From: Minisyncoccota bacterium
GTDB lineage: Bacteria > Patescibacteriota > Minisyncoccia > Phycocordibacterales > UBA9973
Assembly (NCBI GenBank): GCA_041661005.1
Contig: JBAZVG010000001.1
Span: forward strand, 196,917-260,916
DNA: 64,000 nucleotides
Reading direction: 5' to 3'
The translations under genes were made by a program, and so were the position numbers. Of this stretch, positions 17,999 to 26,837 are shown one piece after another. Below the pieces are notes generated by a model, which saw only the letters and a program-made list of their open reading frames with translations, was not told where the DNA came from and did no database searches. The stretch's first letter is position 1. Every line of letters begins with the position of its first letter.

Positions 17999-18922
17999 AT
18001 GAGCAAGACAATAAAGACTTTTTTGAAATATGGATTTGTGGCAATTGTCGCTATTTTTATAGCCTTTTTGTCGTCAGTCGCTTTTGCTATAGATGAGGTA
18101 AATGTTAATCCAGCAAGTGATTCGGAAAATGGTAATGAAAACGCAAATCCAGGAAGTGGTTCAGAAAGAGGTAGTGAGGTAAATGTTAATCCAGGAAATG
18201 GTTCAGAAAACGGTAATGAAGGTGGAAATGTGGATACAATCCCTGGCGATGTAACTCCTCCAGATGGTGGACCTACCGGAGATAGCTCTGGCAGTAGAAG
18301 TACTGGTAGTAGCAGAACAAGCACCCAGAATATTTCTGACATTAAAGTTACGCTTGTTGGTTCTTCTGTCTCTATAACTAATCTCGTTCGCGGAGGTACT
18401 TACACTATTTCTTGGGACGCATCAGTTCAAAACGCAGACACTTCTATTAGTTTAGTTTCTTCTTATGGTTCAAATATTTTAATCGGCACAAGCAAGAATG
18501 CAAACGGTGCTAATACTTTAAATTGGACTGTTCCCACATATCTAGCTCTCGGTACTTACACTTTACGCTTTACGGATTCTAGTAATCGAATGACCGACGC
18601 TTCGAACGTGTATAGGATAGTATCTCGAAGATCTTCTAACGCAGGCGCAGAAGCTCTAGGAACTGGTGGCGGAAATTTAATTGACACAGATGGAGAATCC
18701 TCAACTGTTTCGCCTGATGAAACAGAAGTTTTACCATCGGAAGATTCGCAAATTTCGGACGAGACTTCTCCCGTAGATCAGACAGCCGCAGTTGGAAATG
18801 CTTTTACAGATTTCTTGAGTAATAAGTATATTTTGTGGTTCTTTGTTCTTCTACTTATCATTGTTGGCGCTCTTTTTTTTCAAGAACGCAAAGATAGCGA
18901 TAAATTCCCTTTTAACAAGTAA
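17999..18922 (+). CDS. Secreted, membrane-anchored surface protein with N/G/S/E low-complexity repeats, beta-rich domain and C-terminal TM
   Basis: Signal peptide; EVNVNP..SENGNE repeated (18095/18176); YILWFFVLLLIIVGALFF anchor. Confidence 0.8.
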   Translation: MSKTIKTFLKYGFVAIVAIFIAFLSSVAFAIDEVNVNPASDSENGNENANPGSGSERGSEVNVNPGNGSENGNEGGNVDTIPGDVTPPDGGPTGDSSGSRSTGSSRTSTQNISDIKVTLVGSSVSITNLVRGGTYTISWDASVQNADTSISLVSSYGSNILIGTSKNANGANTLNWTVPTYLALGTYTLRFTDSSNRMTDASNVYRIVSRRSSNAGAEALGTGGGNLIDTDGESSTVSPDETEVLPSEDSQISDETSPVDQTAAVGNAFTDFLSNKYILWFFVLLLIIVGALFFQERKDSDKFPFNK

Positions 18923-18939
18923 TTGTTTTACTAAACATT

Positions 18940-18975
18940 CAAAAACAGCCTCGACTAACGTCGAGGCTGTTTTTG
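18940..18975. terminator. Bidirectional intrinsic terminator
   Basis: CAAAAACAGCCTCGAC-taac-GTCGAGGCTGTTTTTG. Confidence 0.85.
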
Positions 18976-19054
18976 TTTTTGATCTATGAATGATAATTTC
19001 AAGTTTTTCTTTGGCGGCATTCAAAATAAAATTAGTTTTCATAAATTTTTTAAT

Positions 19055-19387
19055 TTATGAAGGACCAATTTTCTGAATGTTATATTTTTTTACTTTATTT
19101 ATGACAAATCCAATAATTAATCCGATTAAACTAAATATGACGACCGGAGTGATGAACAAAATAATTTTAAAACCAATCATAGAGTCAGTAAATCCTGGAA
19201 TCCAACTAAGAAATAAAACAGGAATAATCCATAGACAGAATTCAACCACTGCGATTGAAAGTTGTAATTAATTTTCACATCCGTTTGGTCCACCAGGAGA
19301 AGTATGGCAATTAGTTATATTACTGTAAATTCCGAAAATTATTCCAATGCATAAACCAATGAGCAACCCCTTTTTAGTTATTGACAT
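19055..19387 (-). pseudogene. Small membrane protein gene interrupted by one in-frame TAA (19268-19270)
   Basis: ORFs 19268-19450 and 19055-19249 share a frame: ...GCEN*LQLSIAVVEFCLW... Confidence 0.65.
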
Positions 19388-19506
19388 ATTTTTGTTATTT
19401 AATGATAGATTTTTTGTATATTTTAAAATAATTAAAAAATCTTCTTCCAATTATATTCTATATGGCAATTAATCTCAAGCTAGTGCAAAGGAAAAGAATC
19501 AAACTC

Positions 19507-20085
19507 TCATAATTTCCAGAAGTTGATAATTTTTATAAATTTTTCCACATTCTTTGAAATTCTAATTATATATTTAACTCTATTTTTCTTTATGTCCAAG
19601 ACTTTTCTTGCTTTTATTGCAAAGCCAATTTCTTGGAGCATATCCTCTATATCTCTAATTAGAGTATAACAAACTGACGTAAAATTTACCATTTTGTAGC
19701 CTCGATCACTATAGATTGATCCGTCTGTTTGGAATAATCCTCGCAAACATTCTTTTCTATAAACCTTATTTTCCTTGATCCAGCTAGGCACGCCTACCTT
19801 CTGTTTAATTTTTGAACCACCTTTAGCTCCCCATCCCAATATTTTTTCTAAATCATTTGAATAAATACATATGTCTAAGGCATTAACTCGATCTGTGATA
19901 GAAATTTTGTTTTGAGTAAAAATTATTTTTAGATTTTTAATTATATTTTCTACAATTAGAGGATACTTTTTATCACAAGTAATTCTAAGTCTAACAGCTC
20001 TTCCATTTGGATTCGACAAATTACCATCCCCGAGAGCTATGCCCATTATGTAGGCTATAGATTTTTTATTATTTATATGAGGCAA
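19507..20085 (-). CDS. Double-motif LAGLIDADG endonuclease-like protein directly 3' of tRNA-Leu (start uncertain)
   Basis: IAYIMGIALGDG and CLRGLFQTDGS motifs. Confidence 0.85.
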   Translation of the reverse strand: MPHINNKKSIAYIMGIALGDGNLSNPNGRAVRLRITCDKKYPLIVENIIKNLKIIFTQNKISITDRVNALDICIYSNDLEKILGWGAKGGSKIKQKVGVPSWIKENKVYRKECLRGLFQTDGSIYSDRGYKMVNFTSVCYTLIRDIEDMLQEIGFAIKARKVLDIKKNRVKYIIRISKNVEKFIKIINFWKL

Positions 20086-20086
20086 G

Positions 20087-20170
20087 TGCCGGGAGGGAGA
20101 CTCGAACTCCCACGGGGTTGCCCCCAAACGATTTTGAGTCGTTCGCGTAAACCAATTCCGCCATCCCGGC
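20087..20170 (-). tRNA. tRNA-Leu(CAA)
   Basis: GCCGGGATGGCGGAATTGG...AACGA-CT-CAA-AA-TCGTT, long variable arm, GTTCGAGTC. Confidence 0.94.
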
Positions 20171-20211
20171 TATAATTTTTATTTTACTTTACTTTATGAT
20201 AAAATACAATC

Positions 20212-21198
20212 ATGTCCAACATATATTCAAATTCAATTTTTTGGGTAGATACAGACAAAATCAAACCTAACCCCTACCAACCCAGAAGAGATTTCGATGA
20301 ATTACGGTTGCAAGATTTGGCAGATTCCATAAAACAATACGGCGTGCTCCAACCGCTGACAGTTTCTCGCGTAGAAAAAGAAAAAGAAGGAGGCGGGCTA
20401 GTGACTGAATATGAATTGATTGCCGGAGAGCGCAGATTGCGCGCGGCTATCTTGGCTCATGTTTTGCAAGTGCCTGTCATCATACGTGAGGGAGATACAG
20501 CAATTATGAAGCTGGAGCTTGCTATCATTGAAAATTTGCAACGTGAAGATTTGAACGTAGTTGATCGCGCTCGCGCCTTTTTCCGATTAGCAAGCGAATT
20601 TAAATTTACTCACAATGAAATCGCAAAAAAAATGGGACGAAGCAGGGAATATGTTTCCAATTCTTTACGTATTTTGACTTTGCCGGAAGAGATTTTAACT
20701 GGCTTAAGGGATGGCAAGATTACCGAGGGTCATACTCGGCCGATACTAATGCTTGCCGATCACCCAGAAGAACAGTTGGTTTTGTTCAAAGAAATTGTTT
20801 ACAAGAAAATCACGGTGCGTGAGGCTGAAAAATTGGCGAGAAAAATAGCTTACGATCGAGTGCGCAAGAAAGAATTCATGCCCGATCCAGAAATAATTGA
20901 GCTCGAAGAAGAATTCCAAGAAAAATTAGGCACTCGAGTTCATATAGACAGAAAAGAGTTGGGCGGGCAAATTAAAATTGATTTTTTTTCCACCGAAGAT
21001 CTGCGATCTATTTTAGATTTGATAAGCAAGTCGAGCACTGAAAAAGCCCCGAACGAAATGCTTGAGAATTATATTGCTGGTGAAGAAGCAAAAACGTCAA
21101 CACCATCGAGCGATGAAACGCCGATAGACGACAGATCAAAAGAGGAAAAAAAAGAAGATGATGCCGACCTTTACAATATTTCTAATTTTAGCGTTTAA
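20212..21198 (+). CDS. parB: ParB/Spo0J partition protein
   Basis: PNPYQPRRDF, GVLQP, LIAGERRLRA, IENLQREDL, HTH. Confidence 0.93.
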   Translation: MSNIYSNSIFWVDTDKIKPNPYQPRRDFDELRLQDLADSIKQYGVLQPLTVSRVEKEKEGGGLVTEYELIAGERRLRAAILAHVLQVPVIIREGDTAIMKLELAIIENLQREDLNVVDRARAFFRLASEFKFTHNEIAKKMGRSREYVSNSLRILTLPEEILTGLRDGKITEGHTRPILMLADHPEEQLVLFKEIVYKKITVREAEKLARKIAYDRVRKKEFMPDPEIIELEEEFQEKLGTRVHIDRKELGGQIKIDFFSTEDLRSILDLISKSSTEKAPNEMLENYIAGEEAKTSTPSSDETPIDDRSKEEKKEDDADLYNISNFSV

Positions 21199-21212
21199 GA
21201 AGTGCAAAATAT

Positions 21213-23465
21213 CTATATCTCAATCTTCTTTATTTTGTGGGGGTTATGCATGGGGCAAGATTTATTGGAGCAACGTTCTGGGATAGTTTTGGTGCCTTCC
21301 ATCATCAGACTGCCACATTCTTTACATATCGCGCCAGTTGGTTTTGCCTTGATCGCAAACTTGCATTTGGGATAGTTTGAACAAGAATAAAAAATACCAA
21401 ATCGTCCACGACGTTCACTGATATCTCCTGTTTTACAAAGGGGACACAACACGCCAGTTCTCTTTTTTGCTTCATCTGCTTCATCGCTTTTGATAAATTT
21501 ACATTTTGGATAACGTGAGCAAGAAATAAATGTGCCAGTGCCATCGCGTCTTTCTCTGACAACAAGTTTTCCACCACCAGATTTACCTTTTTTTTCACCG
21601 CATTCTGGACATATTTCTCCGGTTTCTGCTGGACCTTTTAATTCTGTGCCGTCGAGCATAAGGGCTCCATCACAATCAGGATATTTGGAACAAGAATAAA
21701 ATTTACCTGCGCGAGAAAGTTTTATTATCATTTCGGATCCGCATTTCGGGCATTTTATGTTTGAGGGCGCTGATCCCAAGTTTGTCGCTTTTTCCAATTT
21801 TTCTTTTGATTTTACTTCCTTTAGAAAAGGTCCGTAAAAATCTCTCAGAGTTTTTTCATATTCGCGTTCTCCTCTCGATATCTCGTCAAGCTCGTCTTCC
21901 ATTTCTGCTGTAAAACTATCTGAAATATAATTCATAAAATGTTTTTCCAAAAAATCTGAAACAACTTCACCGACATCAGTGGGGAATAATGTTTTTCCTT
22001 CTTTGTTCACATAACCTCTCTCTTCAATTGTTTTCATGATGGATGCATATGTGGACGGTCTGCCTATCCCTCTAGCTTCTAATTCTTTGACCAGTCCTGC
22101 TTCGCTGTATCTGTCGGGTGGCAGGGTGAATTTTTCTTCATTTACGAGATCAAGTAGTTTCAACTCTTCTTCTGCTTTGCACACTGGTAGTTCTACATCA
22201 TCGCCTCGAGCGTCGCTATCCACCTTGAGCCATCCAGGAAAAAGCAGACGGGAACCATTGATGGAAAAATCTGGCAAGTCCTCATGTCCTTTTATAACGG
22301 CTGAAATTTTAGTTTTCAATAATTTTGCGTCAGTCATCTGCGAGGATATGGCGCGCTCCCAGATCAATCTATACAATTTGTCTTGCTCATCAGTGCCTAC
22401 AATCATATTTGTTATGTGCGTTGGACGTATGGCCTCATGCGCTTCCTGGGCGTTTTTTGATTTTGTTTTGTAAATTCTAGCTTCAGCATATTCTTTTCCA
22501 TATTTATTTTGGATAAAAGAAATTATTTGCGTTTGCGCAGCTGCAGATAAGTTTGTGCTGTCGGTTCGCATATATGTGATATGTCCAGCCTCGTAAAGTT
22601 TCTGCGCTATTTGCATGGTGCGAGAAGGTGAATACCCGAGACGTGAACTCGCTGTTTGTTGCAATGTAGAAGTGGTAAAAGGCGCGCGGGGCGAACGTTT
22701 CTGTTCAGATTCCTTTACCCCACTAACAATCCATGTGCCGGCTTTACCCTCGGTCATTATTTTTTGTACTAATTTTTCATCTCGTGGTTCTTCTGAACAT
22801 TCTAGAGTAATTTTTTCCCCTCCTGCCTGAGGAGGGGTGCCCTTTAGGGCGGGGTGGTGGGAGGTTTCAAACAGTCCGAATATTTTCCAATATTTCTCTG
22901 GAACAAAGGCGCGGATTTCACGTTCACGTTCCATTACTATGCGAAGCGCAGGGGACTGCACGCGTCCGGCAGAAAGTCCGTATCGCACTTTTTTCCAAAT
23001 AAGTCCCGAAAGGTCATAGCCCACAAGACGGTCCAAGACTCGGCGCGCCTCTTGCGCCTTTCTTAATGCTGTGTCTATCTGGCGTGGATGTTGCAGGGCT
23101 TCTTCTACGGCTTCTTTAGTAATTTCATGAAAAGTTACTCGCTCAATGGGGGCTTTTACTTTTTTATCTTCTTTTAAAAGAGTTTCTATATGCCAAGCAA
23201 TGGCTTCTCCTTCGCGATCAGGGTCGGTCGCTAAAATTATTTCTTTCGCCTTTTCCGCCAATCCTTGCAATTCGTGCACAATTTTTTCTTTACCTTTAGA
23301 AATTTCATAATGCGGAATAAAACCTCCTTCGATATCAATTGCTATTTTATTTGATTTCGGTAAATCACGAATATGTCCGACAGATGCACGCACAGTAAAA
23401 GCGCCTTCCAAATATTTTTCAATCGTCTTTGCTTTTGATGGTGACTCAACAATTAATAATTTCAT
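21213..23465 (-). CDS. topA: DNA topoisomerase I with C-terminal Zn ribbons
   Basis: LIVESPSKAKTI, ATDPDREGEAI, SAGRVQS, ITYMRTDS, GIGRPSTYA. Confidence 0.97.
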   Translation of the reverse strand: MKLLIVESPSKAKTIEKYLEGAFTVRASVGHIRDLPKSNKIAIDIEGGFIPHYEISKGKEKIVHELQGLAEKAKEIILATDPDREGEAIAWHIETLLKEDKKVKAPIERVTFHEITKEAVEEALQHPRQIDTALRKAQEARRVLDRLVGYDLSGLIWKKVRYGLSAGRVQSPALRIVMEREREIRAFVPEKYWKIFGLFETSHHPALKGTPPQAGGEKITLECSEEPRDEKLVQKIMTEGKAGTWIVSGVKESEQKRSPRAPFTTSTLQQTASSRLGYSPSRTMQIAQKLYEAGHITYMRTDSTNLSAAAQTQIISFIQNKYGKEYAEARIYKTKSKNAQEAHEAIRPTHITNMIVGTDEQDKLYRLIWERAISSQMTDAKLLKTKISAVIKGHEDLPDFSINGSRLLFPGWLKVDSDARGDDVELPVCKAEEELKLLDLVNEEKFTLPPDRYSEAGLVKELEARGIGRPSTYASIMKTIEERGYVNKEGKTLFPTDVGEVVSDFLEKHFMNYISDSFTAEMEDELDEISRGEREYEKTLRDFYGPFLKEVKSKEKLEKATNLGSAPSNIKCPKCGSEMIIKLSRAGKFYSCSKYPDCDGALMLDGTELKGPAETGEICPECGEKKGKSGGGKLVVRERRDGTGTFISCSRYPKCKFIKSDEADEAKKRTGVLCPLCKTGDISERRGRFGIFYSCSNYPKCKFAIKAKPTGAICKECGSLMMEGTKTIPERCSNKSCPMHNPHKIKKIEI
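22817..22860. repeat. CCCCTCC/GGAGGGG-type palindromic element, in-frame in topA
   Basis: CCCCTCCT-gcctg-AGGAGGGG-t-GCCCTTTAGGGC-GGGGTGGTGG; encodes HHPALKGTPPQAGGE. Confidence 0.8.
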
Positions 23466-23519
23466 ACTGCTAGAACAGTATTACACGAAATAGTTTTGCA
23501 ATGCAAATTTATGTAAATT

Positions 23520-24383
23520 TTAATTTAATTTTATCTCACTCATTTCTTCTTTAATAAGTCCTTTGATTTCCATAACCGTCAGTAAAGCGTTAGCGTTTGG
23601 AATTGGCATTTTCATAGTGCGAATTAAATAATCTCTTTGCATAGGCTCTCTTAATAATTTAACAACGGTTTTCTCTTCTGGCGATAAATCTTCAAAAAGT
23701 CTTTTTTGTTTTTCTTCATCTTTGGCTAATTTAAAACCAAGTGCTTCCAACACGTCTTCAGAGCAAGTGATGGGGGTCGCGCCTTGATGAAGTAGTCTGT
23801 TTGTTCCTTTTGAATTGGAAGAGAAAATTGATCCAGGCACTACCAGTAAATCTCTATTGTATTCTGTCGTGAGTCGCGCAGTGATAAGGGTGCCAGATCG
23901 CTCTTCGGCTTCTATTATTAACACAGCTTTTGAAATGCCTGCCATAAGTCTGTTGCGCATTGGAAAACTCCATTGAGTTGCTTTGAAGTCAGGTTCGAAT
24001 TCTGAAATTAAACATCCACCATTTTCAACTATTTCATTTATCAATCGCACGTTCGTTTTCGGATACATTGCTTCGTCGGAGAGTCCAGAACCCGGGAAGA
24101 CGATAGTCGTGAGTCCCGTTTGCATTGCTTTTTTGTGTGCGATTGTGTCTATGCCTATGGCAAAACCGGAGACTATCACTATGGGATAGCCTTTTAGACC
24201 CGCAATTATTTTCTCACAAGCTTCGCGTCCATAGGTAGTAAACTTGCGCGAGCCTACCACGCATAAGTAAATTAAATTTTCGTCAGTAGGTAAGTCGCCT
24301 ATGATCCAAAGGTCTTCTGGGGGTTGGGGAATTTCTAGAAGTGCTTTTGGGAATTTATTTTTTGGTAGTTTTCTGATTTGCAT
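23520..24383 (-). CDS. dprA: DNA processing protein DprA
   Basis: VVGSR, VSGFAIGID..AH, FPMRNR, EAEERSGTLITA. Confidence 0.95.
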   Translation of the reverse strand: MQIRKLPKNKFPKALLEIPQPPEDLWIIGDLPTDENLIYLCVVGSRKFTTYGREACEKIIAGLKGYPIVIVSGFAIGIDTIAHKKAMQTGLTTIVFPGSGLSDEAMYPKTNVRLINEIVENGGCLISEFEPDFKATQWSFPMRNRLMAGISKAVLIIEAEERSGTLITARLTTEYNRDLLVVPGSIFSSNSKGTNRLLHQGATPITCSEDVLEALGFKLAKDEEKQKRLFEDLSPEEKTVVKLLREPMQRDYLIRTMKMPIPNANALLTVMEIKGLIKEEMSEIKLN

Positions 24384-24388
24384 GTTAC

Positions 24389-24488
24389 GCGAGAAATATC
24401 TTTTAAAAACCGCACATAATTTTCTGCTGAAAATTTGTTATGCTCGGCGCGCCCGCCTGCGCAATGCTTTTTAAAAGTTATTTCTCGC
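24389..24488. repeat. Long-stem structured element in the divergent dprA/serS gap
   Basis: GCGAGAAATATCTTTTAAAAA...TTTTTAAAAGTTATTTCTCGC; inner AATTTTCTGCTGAAAATT as at 5925. Confidence 0.8.
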
Positions 24489-24523
24489 TTCACATTATAG
24501 CAAGTTTGATATACAATATGAAT

Positions 24524-25792
24524 ATGCTAGACATAAAATTTATTCGTGAAAATAAGGATATCGTGCAAGCGGGGGCTAAAAAAAAGCATGTGGATATCGA
24601 TATTGAAAAGCTTATAACTCTCGACGATGAACGATTAAAAGAACTTAAAGAAGTAGAAGATCTTCGAGCGGAAGTCAATCGAGTGTCGAATGACATAGCT
24701 CGTGACCAAGATTCCGCGCTCAAAATCCAACTGATTGAAGAAATGCGTACCGTCAAAGAAGATATCAAGGCTAAAGAAGAAAAATTAAAAAAAACGATAG
24801 AGGAATGGCAAAAAATAATGTTGCAGGTTCCAAACGTGCCGGATATGTCAGTGCCGGAAGGTGATGGTGAAGAAAACAATAAAGAAATTTTGACCTGGGG
24901 AGAGAAACCTAGATTTGATTTTACTCCCAAAGATCATGTCGAGTTGATGTTGAAGCTGGATATGGTTGATTTTGAAAGAGGCGTGAAAGTTCACGGTTTT
25001 CGAGGTTATTTTTTGAAAAACGATGGAGCGGAACTTTCTTGGGCGATTTGGAATTATGCCCGAAAGTTTTTTGGAGAAAAAAAATTCAGTACTTTTATTG
25101 CCCCAGCAATCGTACGCAAGCAACATCTATACGGCACAGGACATTTACCTGGCGGAGCAGAAGATATTTATCAGACACAAGACGAGGATTATTTATCTGG
25201 TACAGCAGAAATACCAATGATGGGATATCATAGCAACGAAATCATAGGGAAAGAAGAATTACCAAAAAGATATCTAGCATTTTCACCATGTTTTAGAAGG
25301 GAAGCCGGAGCGCATTCAAAAGACACGAAAGGGCTCATAAGAGTGCAGGAATTTTATAAGTTAGAGCAACTTATACTTTGTGAAGCAAGTCACACCGAAT
25401 CAGTAAAATATCATGAAGAAATAAATAGAAATTTCGAAGAATTTTTAGAATCTCTCGATATTCCTTATCGTCGGTTAGAGATTTGCACAGGAGATTTAAA
25501 ATCTGCGCATGTAAAAAGCTATGACACCGAAGCTTGGATTCCATCGCAAAATCAATACCGTGAGCTTTCTAGCGCTTCGTATTATCATGACTTTCAGGCG
25601 AGAAGATTTAATATTCGCTACAAAGACGAAGCTGGAAAATATCATTTTGTTCACTCACTCAATAGTACCGCTGTGGCAACTCCGAGAATCCTCGTGGCAA
25701 TTGTAGAAAATTTTCAACAAGCAGACGGCTCTGTAAAAATTCCGGAAGTCTTGAGGAAATACATGGGCGATAGGGAGTTCATAACGAAATAA
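24524..25792 (+). CDS. serS: Seryl-tRNA synthetase
   Basis: MLDIKFIREN, GTAE, FRREAG, ELSSAS, HSLNST.VATPR. Confidence 0.96.
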   Translation: MLDIKFIRENKDIVQAGAKKKHVDIDIEKLITLDDERLKELKEVEDLRAEVNRVSNDIARDQDSALKIQLIEEMRTVKEDIKAKEEKLKKTIEEWQKIMLQVPNVPDMSVPEGDGEENNKEILTWGEKPRFDFTPKDHVELMLKLDMVDFERGVKVHGFRGYFLKNDGAELSWAIWNYARKFFGEKKFSTFIAPAIVRKQHLYGTGHLPGGAEDIYQTQDEDYLSGTAEIPMMGYHSNEIIGKEELPKRYLAFSPCFRREAGAHSKDTKGLIRVQEFYKLEQLILCEASHTESVKYHEEINRNFEEFLESLDIPYRRLEICTGDLKSAHVKSYDTEAWIPSQNQYRELSSASYYHDFQARRFNIRYKDEAGKYHFVHSLNSTAVATPRILVAIVENFQQADGSVKIPEVLRKYMGDREFITK

Positions 25793-25816
25793 AACGATTC
25801 GTTTGAATAAAATGAG

Positions 25817-26710
25817 ATGCAAAAGAAAAATATTTTAAATTCTCCACGGCTTTTGGAGTTAAAAAAACACAGGCGTAAGATTTTTTTAGGGAAAATCGCA
25901 TTTTATGTATTTGTATTTTTGGCAATTTCTTTCGGGTTGACTTACGCATCTCGCATTTCTGTTTTAAATATTGGTTCAATAGAAGTATCGGGCAATAAAG
26001 TTGTAGATACCGAAACTATTAAAATGGTCGTTAAGAAAGAAATTAACGGATATTACCTTTGGTTTTTTCCCAAAACGAACGTTTTGTTTTATCCAAAAGA
26101 CAAAATTAAAAATGCACTCAGAGAGAATTTTGCAAGGCTCCAAAACGTAAATTTATCAATTAAAGAAGATAAAATTTTAAAAATAGATTTGACTGAACGC
26201 ATAGTGAAATACACATGGTGCGGAAATACGGTTGACTCGACGGTCGGATTGGGAGAGGGCGACACAACGAGCCAAAAGGAAAAATGTTATTTTATGGATG
26301 CAGAAGGTTATATTTTTGACGAAGCGCCGTATTTTTCCGGTGAAGTTTATTTTAAATTTTACGGAACCACTGATTCAAACTCTGATGAACCATCGGGATC
26401 TTATTTCTTGAAAGAGAATTTTGGAAAATTAGTTTCATTTAAAAAAACACTGGAAAACATCGGGCTCGTGCCTGCGAAACTATACAAAAAAGACAACGGG
26501 GATATCGAATTTTTCCTTTCTAGGAAGAACTCAGTATCTATCGGCCCTAAAATAATTTTTAAAATTGATTCTGATTTCCAGAAGATAGCTGAAAATTTAG
26601 AAGTGGCTCTTGACACGGAACCTCTTTTGTCGGATTTTAAGAATAAATACTCTTCTCTGTTATATATTGATTTAAGGTTTGGAAATAAGGTATACTATAA
26701 GTTTAAGTAA
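25817..26710 (+). CDS. FtsQ/DivIB-like cell division protein
   Basis: N-terminal TM, POTRA-like IEVSGN, C-terminal YIDLRFGNKVYYK. Confidence 0.75.
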   Translation: MQKKNILNSPRLLELKKHRRKIFLGKIAFYVFVFLAISFGLTYASRISVLNIGSIEVSGNKVVDTETIKMVVKKEINGYYLWFFPKTNVLFYPKDKIKNALRENFARLQNVNLSIKEDKILKIDLTERIVKYTWCGNTVDSTVGLGEGDTTSQKEKCYFMDAEGYIFDEAPYFSGEVYFKFYGTTDSNSDEPSGSYFLKENFGKLVSFKKTLENIGLVPAKLYKKDNGDIEFFLSRKNSVSIGPKIIFKIDSDFQKIAENLEVALDTEPLLSDFKNKYSSLLYIDLRFGNKVYYKFK

Positions 26711-26830
26711 ACTCTTTATCGGTATATCTTTTTCTAGGGTACGGATTTTTTTAAGCTTAAAAAATCCTGAAGTTTTCGGCTCGTCAGCCTCAAAACCCCC
26801 TAAAAAAGTTATCCCTCAATGAGTTTACTT
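26705..26830. repeat. Long-stem element with conserved core, copy 3 of 3
   Basis: GTACGGATTTTTTTAAGCTTAAAAAATCCTGAAGTTTTCGGCTCGTCAGCCTCAAAAACCCC within AAGTAAACTC/GAGTTTACTT arms. Confidence 0.9.
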
Positions 26831-26837
26831 TATTTTT

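Noticed and set aside
18713-18730. Second CTGATGA motif
   Set aside because: Inside a CDS with no stem II or GAAA arrangement; chance match.
19268-19270. Alternative genetic code (stop reassignment)
   Set aside because: The codon is TAA, and TGA, TAA and TAG all end conserved genes normally here, consistent with code 11.
26739-26800. Hammerhead-like CUGACGA-GCC-GAAA on the minus strand of the three-copy repeat
   Set aside because: GAAA is GAGA in the other two copies, stem II is essentially absent, and stems I and III do not pair properly.
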